Made by a program: the position numbers and the translations under genes
Part shown: positions 47,859 through 61,823 of the stretch, piece by piece
Position numbering within the stretch: the stretch's first letter is position 1
How the letters are laid out: each line of letters starts with the position of its first letter
The notes under the pieces: model-generated
The model's input: only the letters and a program-made list of their open reading frames with translations
Databases searched by the model: none
Told to the model about the DNA's origin: nothing
From: Octopus bimaculoides
Taxonomy: Eukaryota
Assembly: GCF_001194135.2 (NCBI RefSeq)
Contig: NC_068984.1
Span: 114,179,322 to 114,243,321 of the forward strand
DNA: 64,000 bases
Direction of reading: 5' to 3'

Positions 47859-50800
47859 ACTTGCTTTAAAAAAATCATTATCAAAACTACTAATTGCACA
47901 AATGCTCATTCAAATATGTATTTATTTATGCTGAAATACACACACACACACACACACACATCTATATAAACTAGCCAGTTCTGAAGATCATATTTTTATC
48001 CAACTGGAATCCACCCTTTTTGTAACAAGCATGGCACTGAGATCTGCTTGTATTATTCCTCAAAGATTTCCTAATCTAAATAGAAAACAAGCTAACAATA
48101 GAAAAAAAAGAGAAATTCAAACTTAATAGAGCCATTCAATAAACATATTCAGCCAACTCTACATTTCAGCAAACAATAATTAAACTGAAGGTAAATGAAT
48201 ATTAGCATATCATTTAATGCTTAGCTAACAACTCAATGTTTACATTTCTCTAGCATGAGACAAGTTTGAGCAGGTTTCTTTCTACCTAAGTTTTTGACAT
48301 CTTCAGCAAAGTATATAGCCTCTTCATAATTTGCTAATATAAGTGAGGATTATTCCATTTCTAAACAATTCTCCAACATTCTTTTACTGGATTTAGTCTT
48401 TGGACTGCTAGAGTATCACATTCAAGAGTCTTTAGTCAAACACAATGCTACCCAGTATATTGTCTGGTACTTTTCTTAACTACACATCACCAGCATGTCA
48501 TATGCTGATCTTTCAGCAAGTTTTGGAGAGGCTTATTACTTGCAGGAAACGTCACAACTAAAACAATTATTTTCTAAGTCTTGCTGAAAAATGGTCTTCT
48601 GTATATGCAGGTGTGGCTATGTGGTAGTAAGAAGTTTGCTTCCCAACCACATGGTTCCGAGTTCAGTCTCATTGTGTGGCACTTTGGGTAAGTGTCTTCT
48701 CTTACAGCCTCAGGCTGACCAAAGACTTGTGTGGATTTGATAGACAGAAAGTGAAAGAAACCCATGTGTGTGTGGTCTCACCACCACTTGACAACTGATA
48801 TTGGTGTTTTGACATCCAATTAACTTAGCAGTCTAGCAAAAGAGACAGAAAAAATACTGGGTACAATTCGTTTGACTAAAATTCTTCATGGCAGTATCCC
48901 CAGCATGGCCACAGTCTAATCACTGAAACAAGTAAAAGGTACATATTTCTTCCTTACTGCATATATTATTCTTCATTGTTTCATGTGCAGCAATGTTAAA
49001 ATATGTTGCCCCTCACACACCTATTTATTATGCAGAAGAATTATTTAGTTTTCTCAACCATTTGGTCAACATATGTTCTAATAATTAGAATTCGGTCTCA
49101 ATTTATATAATTATAATAAATGAGGAGACTGCTATTTCTTCTCTACACTTAACACAATCTATGTAATTCCACAATGCATTAGAAATTTTATATCTGCAAA
49201 CTTACTTCCCTTTGAACATTATAACCTACCAAGCATTTTTTTTTGGTTTTTTTTAGTTGCAACTAGAAAATAATTTTGTACAAAACTTTTAAGCAAGTTG
49301 AAACAAAGGCACACCCAATCAATTCCAAAATATTAATCTATTTACCAAATGCTATTATTATAGGACAAAATCTATACATTACCATGATAATCAACCTTTT
49401 GGCTCTATCACTATAATTGAGAAACTCAATTACAGAGCAGTATTGACTATACTGCAATCTTAGTAACTGACAAAAATAGGTTTATCAAGGTTTTCAACTT
49501 CAGAATTAAGCATAATAGGGTTAAAATTAAAGGAAATTATTGAGGGTTAACTCGACCTTTGAGCAAGCAAAGCAACAGAGACAACCCAAAACATTTCTGA
49601 AGAAATTGGAGATGTTTCTATTGTTTATTTAAACTAGATGTTATTATTAACTAACCCTAAGGTTGGCAAAATCGTAAGTTTGCCAGGCAAAATGCATAGC
49701 AGTATTTCACCTGTCTGTACATTCTGAGTTAAAATTCTGCCAAGGTCAACTTTGCCTTTTATCTTTTCAGGATTGATAAAATATTACATTGGAGGTAAGT
49801 CGATTACATTGACCCTAGTCACTGTAATTGACTTACCCCACCACTCAGGAATTACTGGCCTTGTGCCAAAATTTGAAACCATTATTAGCTAACCCCAAGA
49901 TGGTGAGCTGGCAGAATTATTAAGATGCCAGAGAAAATGCTTAGTAGCATTTTGTCCATCTTTATGTTCTGAATTCAATTCCACCAAAAGGATCAGTTCA
50001 GCACTGAAGTCAATGTAATTTACTAGCCCCCTATCCCACCAAAAATTCAAGCCTTCTGCCCATTATAAAAAAAAACTTTTTAAAGGATTAATTAGCTAAC
50101 CCTAATTTTAACCCTACCATGGTTGGATAAATGTATTGCAGATAATCTAACTTGCTTTTTATGTAAAAGTTATTAATTACATCAGTTAAAACATTTTTCC
50201 AAATAAATAAAAAATCTATTATTGAAAAGTAAAATGCTTGCAAATTGCTAGATTCATGTCTTAGCTTTTTGATATCATAAAATACATAAATACTGTTTTC
50301 AGTTATTTCTAAAACTATTCTATATACAATTTGATAGTATACAATTAATTATTTAAAAAATAATCTCTGTCAAATCTATTCAATTGGTTAATTACCAGTT
50401 AGGCAGGTGATTTGTTCCTTATAACTTTGAAATTCAACACTTCATCTGAAGGCAGGGCATTACAACCATCTAGTCTGAAAACAATCTTATTCTAAGACCT
50501 TTTATCAATTACTTGTTGTCATTCGAATGTGGCCATGCTGGAGCTCCATCTCCAAGGATTTTAGTTTAACAAATTGATCCCAGTTCTTATTTTTGAAGCC
50601 TAGTATTTGTCCTATAGCTCTACTTTGCCAAATCACTAAGCTACAGGAATATAAACAAACCAACACCGGTTATCAAGAGGTGGTGGGGAACAAACACAGC
50701 ACAAAAACTCACTCAATTCCGTCTATCAAATCTACTCACAAAGCTTTGGCCAGTCCAGGACTGTAAGCAGAAGACACTTGCCCCATATGCCATGCAGTGG

Positions 50801-51429
50801 GACTGAACTCAAGACCACATGGTCAGCAAGCTTCTTACCCACAGTCATGCCTATAGTTCCCATTAAAAAAAATTTTCTAATTACATAATGCTAAATCTGA
50901 TACAAAGCATGTGCTACATCATTAATGATGGCCAATTAATTATAACTATGTAACAATTTTTTTCCTGTAGTTTTTGAAAGATATTTTATGGACATCAAGA
51001 ATTAATACATTGCACCAAACAATTGGAAACAAGTCTTCAGTTCTATTTTAAAAAAAACAATTTCAATGTTTCCTAAATAGTAAAATGTAACGGTGTATGA
51101 TTTGTTTCTTTTAAATCTCCAAATATTCCAAAATAGTGTTCACACTTGCTTTCCTATACAAAATTAAACAAATTAGCACTCCTCGTTATGACTGCATTAT
51201 TTTTATGCACTAATTACACAATAAATCTATTCATCACTTTTTGGATGTCTGTAGATAAAAAAAATCAATTATTTCTATCAAATTCAGTTTTGGATAACTC
51301 AAAAGAAAAAAAACACTAAGTCACACCATCTATATTTTTTAAAATGACACCAATTCTGAGCCAAATAGTATTTAAAAAAGACTGTCTTGATAATTTTTTA
51401 AAGCAGAGAAAATGTTTCCAACTCTTGCA

Positions 51430-51660
51430 GGTAGTAGCCTCAGATTCGTGTGGTTGATGTTATTAGCTGCAGGGAAAACATAGACTGAGAGATAATTAAA
51501 AAAGTAAAGAGTTCTGGGGATAAAGAATCGCGCCAAGGATTTTGGGGTTGAGGCATAATAAAAATAGGAGTGTAGATAAAACAATACATAGCTCATAAGT
51601 TCAGCAGAATAGGAAACGCTATAGTGGTAGAAAAGACAGAAAGAGGACACAGTGCATCAG
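51430..51660 (-). mobile_element. Possible CR1/Jockey-group LINE C-terminal remnant
   Basis: RFFIPRTLYFFNYLSVYVFPAANN resembles SF.PRT..LWN.LP..VFP...NL. Confidence 0.35.
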
Positions 51661-52846
51661 TGGGCAAGTGGTTGTAAAGTGTTAGTGACAGAAAATTTTT
51701 CAATTAGTTGGATGGCCTACTTTTTTTCTTTTTTTTTAATGTAGTAGAGAAAGCTTGCCTGTGTAGTAGTAACAACAGCACTATCAGACATGTGAGCAGT
51801 AGCTAATTTGGGGAGTGCACTTACATCTTACAGCAGCACTCAAATGTACAGAATTGAAGTTGTTCTGGCAAAGATTGCAAAGACAAGTATTTGCAGATTA
51901 GGAAAATTTTAGTTGCAACGAGTGAAGAATATAGAGAAGACTCAGTTTTAGTTCTTTACTTGGTGTGTGTGTGTGTGGTGACTGTGTCTTCATACTATTG
52001 AATGAAATTAGCTTGACATGTTTATAAGAGATTTCCAAGGTCTTTGTTCATGGAAACGGTGCATATCTGCCCTTGCATGCAAATGATGCCTGGGCACAAA
52101 TGGTGACCAAGGAAACAAGGAAATAAAGAGTGATATAAAATACATGTGAGTGATGTAACCACAAGAATATAATTCATGTGCAGAAGCAAGTATGCAGGGA
52201 AACATCTGAACCTTCCTGTGACACACCAAAGTTTAAAATCAGAGAACTATATTAATCCTTTTGATAACAAACTGTCCAAGACCACCCTGGTTCTACAATA
52301 CAAGCCTCCTCTCTTGAAGTGATCTAAATTAAAAACTTACATCAAAATTTTATGCAAATTGAAGTTCCAAACACCAGCTTAGTAACGACAAAGTTATTTT
52401 ACTAAATTATTCAGTATTTACAAAATTAATTTGAAACAGAAGCAATATATTTCATCAGAAATATGGAAACAAGAAGAATTAACATGCTACAATGTAGCAA
52501 TCTGGAAGTTTCCAAATCACAAGAGGTGATATGTAGAGCATCTATTCTTAGGAGGTTCTTCAGAGTAAATTAGTCATTATATAACATTAACTGCTTCTAT
52601 ATCATGCATTTTATATAGTGTCAAGCCAATTGTACTTATTTCTACTCTCTTACATCCTTATTGTAACTGTAAGTATATATATATAGATATACTATAGATA
52701 ACTATAGATATATGTAACTAAAACTCAAAAAACAACTTTTGGATCAATCATGATATTAAAATTAAAATTTTAAGATGTTATTGTTTTAATAAAAATGTTG
52801 CTTTTACTTTTAACACAATCTTTTCTCAAAGTCTATACCTCACTTT

Positions 52847-53235
52847 CGTGGAGGCACAATGGCCCAGTTTGTTAGGGCAGCGGACTCGCAGTTATAGGAT
52901 CACGGTTTCGATTCCCAGACCGGGTGTTGTGTTTATTGAGCGAAAACACCTTAAGCTCCACGAGGCTCCAGCAGGGGATGGTGGCAAACCCTGCTGTACT
53001 CTTTCATCACAACTCTCTCTCACTCTTACTTTCTGTTTCTGTTGTGCCTGTAATTGAAAGGGTCAGCCTTATCACACTGTGTCACGCTGAATATCCCTGA
53101 GAACTACGTTAAGGGTACACGTGTCTGTGGAGTGCTCAGCCACTTGCACGTTAATTTCACGAGCAGGCTGTTCCATTGATCGTATCAACTGGAACCCTCG
53201 ACGTCGTAAGCGACGGAGTGCCAACAACAACAACA
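52847..53235 (+). mobile_element. SINE family A copy
   Basis: Family A consensus with (CAA)n tail. Confidence 0.9.
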
Positions 53236-54574
53236 TACCTTACTTTCAGTGTTTCCTCTGAGCAATGAGTTTGTGCATACCAGGGTTTTTTGAGATGAGA
53301 TTAGATATTTTACTCAAGAAATCTGAGTGGTGGCTATATGCATGGATGCACACATGCTTTGCAAAGAAACAAAGACAAAATTTGCACAGAAGTAAATTTC
53401 TGTACACACACCAAAACAAAAAATTAGAGGGAACATTGCTCACTGTTATACAGTTCTCATTCACAGTATTTGTCTCCCGAGTTAAACCTAGATTCACTCC
53501 TTAGTCACTTCCAACCACCTGTCTAATTTATGCAGACTTATATTGTCATGACAATATTGTTATAACAATCATAGCTTTAAAGATACAAAAGAAACTGTTC
53601 CCAGTAAATTTAAGTACTTTCAGATTCCACTATTCTCTTATAGTAGTTATAAAGTGCTTTTAAGTTGTTTTCACTATCTACTAATGAAACTTAGGCTTTA
53701 AACTTATTGCATTATTTTATATGTTTCAGAATTTCTTTAAAAGTTAGAAAAATACATATTGAATAAGGTATCTCTGTACATAGACGCAAGTGTGTGTGTG
53801 TGTGTGTGTGTGTACATATATTTATATATATAAACTTGTTAATCACCCAAACAGCAATGTTTCTCCTGGTAGATACAATCATACAGCTATGATAAAGAGA
53901 ACAGAATGTTTCTCTGAATTTAAGTTTTTAAAATGTATTATGTAACAGTACATATTATCAGTCAACTTAATGATATCATGGCTGCATAGTTAAGAAGTTT
54001 ACTTCCTAACCACATGATTTCAGGTTCAGTAACACACCACTTTGGGCAAGTGTTTTCTAAAATAGTCTAAGGCTGACAAAGCTTTATGAGATTTGATAGA
54101 TAGAAACTAAAAGAAACCTGCAGTGTGTGTGTGTGTATATCTGTCTTAATATCATGCAAGTTGCAAATAATCATCACTGTCACAGAAGTAGTGTACGTTT
54201 CCAAACGTTCTTGAAAAGCATGTCATGGAAAAATAGTATCTTGCTTGAAACCAAGGATTTGCAACAGGGAGGTGGGGGTATCTGGCTGTAGAAAAATTGC
54301 CTTAACTAATTATGTCAAACCCATGCAAGCATGGAAAAGCAGACATTAAAACAATGATATGCTTCCTCAGCACTTGAAAAAATATATATTTACTAGCATG
54401 AAGCTAAGACAGAATTAATCTCAAACACTCCCCTTCTACTAACCTTCTTATAATAAAATGACCGAAAACAATATTTGTTGGTGCTATTTACACAATAAAA
54501 ATAAAATTAAGCCCATTTATTTTTTAAGTTTCAGGTCTACATCTTTCCAATAGAATTTTCTAAATTACATAAAT

Positions 54575-54850
54575 GCTATGGTCATGAATGACCATGGGAC
54601 TGTACCTAGAAAGTTCCCCTCTGAGGCACAAATCTCAACAAGGTTGGTTGTAGAAGACCAACAGTCGTTCATGCATACCAGTCTCCCCTCTCCACACCAC
54701 CGATGTTGTCCAAAGGAAAGGCTGATACAGCTTGGCACCAGTAATGTCACAACTCATTTCTACAGCTAACACAACATATGCTCCAGTCCAGGAATCAAAC
54801 TCACAACCTTACGATTGTAAGCATGGCACTAACCACCAAGGCACGTACTT
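54575..54850 (-). mobile_element. Further tRNA-headed SINE-like repeat
   Basis: Minus strand shows GCCTTGGTGGTTAG...GGTTGTGAGTTTGATTCC (A/B-box-like) followed by a GC-richer body. Single copy in the window. Confidence 0.5.
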
Positions 54851-55661
54851 TCAAACTACGTAACTCTTCACAATCAGACTTAGTTACCTGGTTTAACAAC
54901 TCTCTAGATCTTAATAAAATCATTCTGGATTGAACTTGAAACCTTGTTACTTTTCATAATGAATTCTTTGCAATTTAGTTAGGATCGTTTTTCCTTTTCA
55001 GGTATTCTTTGATTACATGTACTTCTTAATTTTAAATTTTATAACTGTAATATCTTGTCTATTCTACTTCCACATCTGCTCCAAATTTTACTATCAATTT
55101 CATTAAGGATTGAGAACTTTCACCTATTTTTGACATTTTCCACATTTCTGTTGTTTAGCTATGGTTGAGCAAACCAACGAGCAAAGACATTTCAACCATG
55201 GCCACACCATCCTATTCAGATAATAATGCATCAAATACTACATGCTCCAGCAAGGCTGAGATTCTAGGCAAGTTTGGACACTATTTCAAGCAGATCAAGA
55301 CATCACTTGGTGACCTCTCATTTGCTTGGGTTTTGTTGTTCTTATAGGAGTAAGCCCAATAGGTTACCCACTTTTTTAACTGTAGCTGCTACATATTGAT
55401 TTTTACTGATGATATTAAGATCCACATCTGTTTTCATTTATCTTTGAAAACTAGATTTGATTTTATTGTTATTTCTGCTTTAAGTTTTAATGCCAAGAGG
55501 AGAGAGTATTTCCATAAACCACAAAAAGAATTATGGATTTTAATTTACTATTTCCAACTTTAAAAATTAATGTCATCTTCAAGTTTGAAATATTTCTCAT
55601 ATTCCCTTTTATCCAGGTTTCAGTATTTTGTAAGTTGGTTGTTTTATATGTGCTATATCTG

Positions 55662-56037
55662 GTGGAGGCGCAATGGCCCAGTGGTTAGGGCAGCGAACTT
55701 GCGGTCATAGGATCACGGTTTCGATTCCCAGACCGGGCATTGCGAGTGTTCATTGAGTGAAAACACCTACAGCTCCGGCAGGGGATGGTGGCGAACCCTG
55801 CTGTACTCTTTCACCACAACTTTCTCTCACTCTTACTTCCTGTTTCTGTTGTGCCCGTATTTCAAAGGGTCAGCCTTGTCACATTGTGTCACGCTGAATA
55901 TCCCCGAGAACTACGTTAAGGGCACACGTGTCTGTGGAGTGCTCAGCCACTTGCACGTTAATTTCTCGAGCAGGCTGTTCCGTTGATCAGATCAACTGGA
56001 ACCCTCGACGTCGTAAGCAACGGAGTGCCAACAACAA
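55662..56037 (+). mobile_element. SINE family A copy
   Basis: 13-bp TSD ATGTGCTATATCT (55648-55660, 56039-56051). Confidence 0.9.
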
Positions 56038-56410
56038 AATGTGCTATATCTATCTATCTTCGCTTAAGTTCTCAATATATTATTAGCATTAGTGATTTTA
56101 TTCTTGCTTGCATTTTGCTGTTGCTAATATTTTCTTTCTAAGTGCCCTAGTTGTATATATTTAATATTGTTTTTTGGTTTTGGAAATTTGTCAACTTAAA
56201 TTGAAGTCGGCTTTAAATAAGCTTTATTTTCTTTCCAAATAAATGCAGAACTTTTTCATAGAGTATACAGAGCTATAAAAAAATGTGTTGTATAGAAACA
56301 TCTCTCTCTCCTGCCCAATTAAGACTTTATAGGGCAAGTGTTGACTTCCATAGCCCAAGGCTAATCAAAGCCTTGTGAGTGGATTCGGTAAACGAACTGA
56401 AAGATGCTTA

Positions 56411-56459
<49 letters not shown>

Positions 56460-56819
56460 TACATAGATACGGGTATGTTTGTGCCTCCTTGTCTTGACAT
56501 TCTATGATTGTTGTAAACTGACTGTCACTGTTATACAAGAACATCATTCATATCCATTGTCCTGCAAAGATGCAAAGACATGCCTGGCCCATGAGGAAAT
56601 GTTACCTTGCTTGGAAACTGGTGAGGGTTGGCAATAGGAAGAACAAAAATCTGCCTCAAACAAACTTTGTTCGACTCACGCAAGAATAGAAAAATGGACA
56701 TTAAAACAACGATGATGATGATGATACAGGACTTGAAAAATAAAAACCCTCATTTTGATTGTCATAATTTTCACTGGAAACCTGTTCATTTGTTCTACCA
56801 AAGCAGACTTCAGCATGTA

Positions 56820-56853
<34 letters not shown>

Positions 56854-59800
56854 GTCGTCGTTTAACGCCTGCTTTCCCATGCTAGCATGGGTTGGACGAT
56901 TTGACTGAGGACTGGTGAACCAGGTGGCTCCACCAGGCTCCAATCTCATTTGGCAGAGTTTCTACAGCTGGATGCCCTTCCTAACGTCAACCACTCCAAG
57001 AGTGTAGTGGGTGCTTTTACATGCCACCGGCGCGAAGGCCAGTCAGGCAGTACTGGCAACAGCCACACTCAAAATGGTGTATTTTACGTGCCATCTGCAC
57101 AGGAGCCAGTCCAGGGGCACTGGCAATGATCTCGCTCAAATGTNNNNNNNNNNNNNNNNNNNNNNNNNNNNNNNNNNNNNNNNNNNNNNNNNNNNNNNNN
57201 NNNNNNNNNNNNNNNNNNNNNNNNNNNNNNNNNNNNNNNNNNNNNNNNNNNNNNNNNNNNNNNNNNNNNNNNNNNNNNNNNNNNNNNNNNNNNNNNNNNN
57301 NNNNNNNNNNNNNNNNNNNNNNNNNNNNNNNNNNNNNNNNNNNNNNNNNNNNNNNNNNNNNNNNNNNNNNNNNNNNNNNNNNNNNNNNNNNNNNNNNNNN
57401 NNNNNNNNNNNNNNNNNNNNNNNNNNNNNNNNNNNNNNNNNNNNNNNNNNNNNNNNNNNNNNNNNNNNNNNNNNNNNNNNNNNNNNNNNNNNNNNNNNNN
57501 NNNNNNNNNNNNNNNNNNNNNNNNNNNNNNNNNNNNNNNNNNNNNNNNNNNNNNNNNNNNNNNNNNNNNNNTATATATTCACTTACTAGTTTTAGCCATT
57601 GGACTTGCAGTTTATAATAGGTAAAGGTAGAATCTAAGCTATTATGTCTACAAAGGTATTGCAACTATTCTATAAAGTATTAATATACACACAATCACAA
57701 GAAGACACTTAGGAGTTATGTCAATGTAGAAAGCTTGAGGGTGGGGAAGAAATGGAGATTTAAATATGTTAGTAAACACTCTTGATAATGGACGTTTTTG
57801 GTGCATATTTGTGTTTCCATCAAACACACTTCAGACATTTTATAGAGAACTATATGAATGTTTTAAACACAAACACATAGAAATGAATGTATCTTCACAT
57901 GACCAAATTTGAAAAAGGTATAACTATAATATGTAATACCCGAGTCATTCAAAGAATACATAGAGAAAATGATTGACTTCAAAAAGCAAAATCATTTCAA
58001 AATCCTAATTTTGATTTAGCACAAGTCCAGCATTCTGAGGTGAGGGGACAAGTTGATTACATCGACCCCCCCCCCCATTACTTAACTGGTACTTAATTTT
58101 TTTATCATGGCAGCAACAATAGGTTACCACTTGCCCAATAAGATTAAGAATCTTCTTGACCCCACAATATTTTTGTTCATTCCCTAACCACTTTATAAAA
58201 ATGTATTGGGAACATTTCATTGTGGCATCAGTGTGAGTGATGTTGTATCTCTTAAAACTAGATAGACCTCACTACTATACAATGTGTTCCTTCATAAAAT
58301 ATACGTCTGAGGAGGTGGAGAGAGCAAGAACAAAGACTAAAGAATCAGGATAGATGAGTGGTTGAAAGAGAGAATGTTGGATAGTAATAAGCGTGAACAA
58401 TGTGTGAGTGAACACACTCATTCAAACCCAAAACTTCAAGAAACGGAAAAGTAACAAATACTCTAGTAAATCTTTTGGGTACTCTTTATAAGCATATTAC
58501 TTATCTCTGCCCCCTCTCCCCTGGCTCACACACACAAAGCCCACCTACATTGATAAAACAAGTATTGAAGTTGATGTTAAATGTACTCCAGAAAGTAGTG
58601 ACCCAGTATAGCAAGAGTCAAGTGACCGAAACTAGTAAAAGACTATCAAATTTCTTACACAAATAAAAAGTTGTAAACTTACAGATAAAGGAAAACAACA
58701 AACTAAGTTATTCACTATTACAACAGTTTCTATTCCTATTAAATTGCAGGTGCTACACTTCCCATACTTATGCATCTAACTTATATAATTAGAGTGTTAA
58801 CCATATTACTATTGATTTTGGAGTATACTTTTCGACCATGGTTGGTGATATCAGGAAATATGACATACATATACAATAATTATAATTTAAATTCTATCAA
58901 ATTTCTTGGTGCTTATACAAAATGATGAAATATGAATTTTGAAAAGAAAAATATTTGTTATTGTCTTTTTCCTCCTCTGTTTCTACGATCCTTTTGCTCT
59001 CACTCTGTGTGTGTACATGCATGTGTAGCATTCCTTTAATAATTGATCATCACCAAGCCTAGTATGTGCACTCATCTTGCATCTCTTATGTATCTTTTAC
59101 TTTCTATACCCCCCCCNNNNNNNNNNNNNNNNNNNNNNNNNNNNNNNNNNNNNNNNNNNNNNNNNNNNNNNNNNNNNNNNNNNNNNNNNNNNNNNNNNNN
59201 NNNNNNNNNNNNNNNNNNNNNNNNNNNNNNNNNNNNNNNNNNNNNNNNNNNNNNNNNNNNNNNNNNNNNNNNNNNNNNNNNNNNNNNNNNNNNNNNNNNN
59301 NNNNNNNNNNNNNNNNNNNNNNNNNNNNNNNNNNNNNNNNNNNNNNNNNNNNNNNNNNNNNNNNNNNNNNNNNNNNNNNNNNNNNNNNNNNNNNNNNNNN
59401 NNNNNNNNNNNNNNNNNNNNNNNNNNNNNNNNNNNNNNNNNNNNNNNNNNNNNNNNNNNNNNNNNNNNNNNNNNNNNNNNNNNNNNNNNNNNNNNNNNNN
59501 NNNNNNNNNNNNNNNNNNNNNNNNNNNNNNNNNNNNNNNNNNNNNNNNNNNNNNNNNNNNNNNNNNNNNNNNNNNNNNNNNNNNNNNNNNNNNNNNNNNN
59601 NNNNNNNNNNNNNNNNNNNNNNNNNNNNNNNNNNNNNNNNNNNNNNNNNNNNNNNNNNNNNNNNNNNNNNNNNNNNNNNNNNNNNNNNNNNNNNNNNNNN
59701 NNNNNNNNNNNNNNNNNNNNNNNNNNGAAGGGCATCCAGCTGTAGAAACTCTGCCAGATCAGATTGGAGCCTGGTGTAGCCATCTGGTTTCACCAGTCCT

Positions 59801-59922
59801 CAGTCAAATCGTCCAACCCCATGCTAGCATGGAAAGTGGCCGTTAAACGATGATGATGATGATGATTACGAAACTCGGTGTTATATTATACCGAATTTTA
59901 CCTATAAAGTTGGAATAAGTTT

Positions 59923-59969
<47 letters not shown>

Positions 59970-61041
59970 TTAATGCTTGTTTTACGCTGAGTTATACTAA
60001 AAATTTAACATTAAACTGAAGAATTACTCAATACCACAAGGTAAAAGTGACAGTGGCTGCAAAGTTTTGGCCTGCTAACCTTTGTTGACTGTCCAACAGA
60101 AGCTAGTAGATTGAAACTTTGAAGTCACTTTCATCCCTTTCTTGTAAAAGTATAACACTCTCTCTCTCTCTCTTATTATGAGAGTGCATACTGGATTTGA
60201 AGCAAAGTAGAATTTAAAATTTGAATAGTAGACATCAGGAAGAAATAAGGAACAACTATCTTAAAATATCAATGACAAATGATATAAAAAAAAATCTAAG
60301 AAAATATTTTTACTTAGGAAAGGAGAAGGCTGGTTTGATGTGCATTTATAAGTAAAATATCAAAATATCAACAAAAAAAATCTTAATGAATTCACTATTA
60401 AAACCAGTATTATTTGTAGTGAAACCATTGCAGGATAGATTGATATAGACTAAGTTATTGTAGATAAAATATTCCAAGGAATATAATCAATTACAATGTA
60501 GTTATCGAAGGCTGAAAGGAAAATTGGGTTGAGCAGGATTTCAACTCAGAATATAACCAAATAACCCAAGATATTTTGCTAGGCACACTACTGATTCTGC
60601 CATCTATATGCCTAATATCAAAAATATCGAGTTATTCACACTGGAGAAAATGAAATATTCTAAAGTTTCTACCTTACTTTGATGATAAACTTTCAAAATA
60701 TGATAATTAATCAAAACTCTATCAAATGTTTAACACTGCCTACAAAACCCCTTTTTGAGACATATTTTCATTTGCACAAAGCAGTCTAATTGTTATAAAA
60801 TTTTGTGCTTTGTAATTTTTTTAACCATAAATATTGTTCCAGTTCACTAAATAATAAACAACCATATTGTCTTATAGCATGGGTGTCACCAAATGGCAGG
60901 CAAAGTATTGAAAATAGTAATTAAATAAAAAAAAAAAGGTAGCCTTGGTTAACATGAATTACTCAACTTCCCTCAATCTATAGAACCTTTTGTGGTGTTG
61001 GCAAAAAATATTTTTTTCTTTTAAAAAAATAAGGAACTCAC

Positions 61042-61823
61042 CTTGAGAAAAAGATAAAACTGGATGAAAAGAAGGATCCAAAAGTGACAACCTTTCATGT
61101 AAAGGCATGAGGTCAGGATCTAAAGTTTGAGTGTTATTATAACGTCCTCCACACATAGCACAAGGAATAACTGGAGTATAACAATGACATTTTACAGTTG
61201 AAAGACGAGTAGCTTTTCGATATAACTGGTGCAAACCAGCAGTTCGAAATAGTTTCCTTTTTCTGTAGCTTTTTACAGGGCGACACCTTGCAGCCTGACA
61301 TGTAACATCAACAGGCACAGTAGGTGTAGCTAAGGATTCTGAATTCTCTAACAGTAGCTTATCATCAGTCTTTACTGTTGGTGAAGCTACATCACTGGTT
61401 GAAACACTTTTTCCATTATGGTTACTATCAATTAATCCATTTAAGGATTTCTGTGTTGAGGACTGACAAGTGTCTTTACCACTAGACATTGGTGATGTCA
61501 GACCAAGAGGTAAAATGCAGTTAACTAATGACTGATTAAATTTTGAGGACTGAAAAACAAAGGGTTTATTAGATTTTTCTGTTCTCTTCTCTCCACTTTT
61601 TTCCTCTTGATTGAGGATTTCTCCTGTCCGTGAATTATATGTTACAGGTTGAGTTTGTAGAGATTCAAATATCAAGTCCCCTTTCTCACTTCTTATTTGT
61701 CTGTGTGTATCACTTTGCTGTCGTATTCGATATTCCAAATCAGAAACTTGAGCCTGTAACCAAGTCCATCGTGAAGCAATGGCGGAACGCTCAGCAGCCC
61801 ATTTCCATTCAGATCTTCGATGA
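61042..61823 (-). CDS. KANSL1: KAT8 regulatory NSL complex subunit 1 (KANSL1/NSL1-like), internal exon with [33 protein letters not shown] and WIN-like motif TCQAARCRP
   Basis: Minus-strand acceptor TTTTCAG (AG at 61825-61824) and donor GTGAGT at 61041; 782 nt = 1+780+1. The peptide matches the KANSL1 conserved block (recalled human [31 protein letters not shown]). Confidence 0.93.

Noticed and set aside
55050-55420. Possible CR1 reverse-transcriptase remnant (IFTDDIKI resembling FADDTKI)
   Set aside because: Single short motif; the surrounding frames are not convincing without a search.
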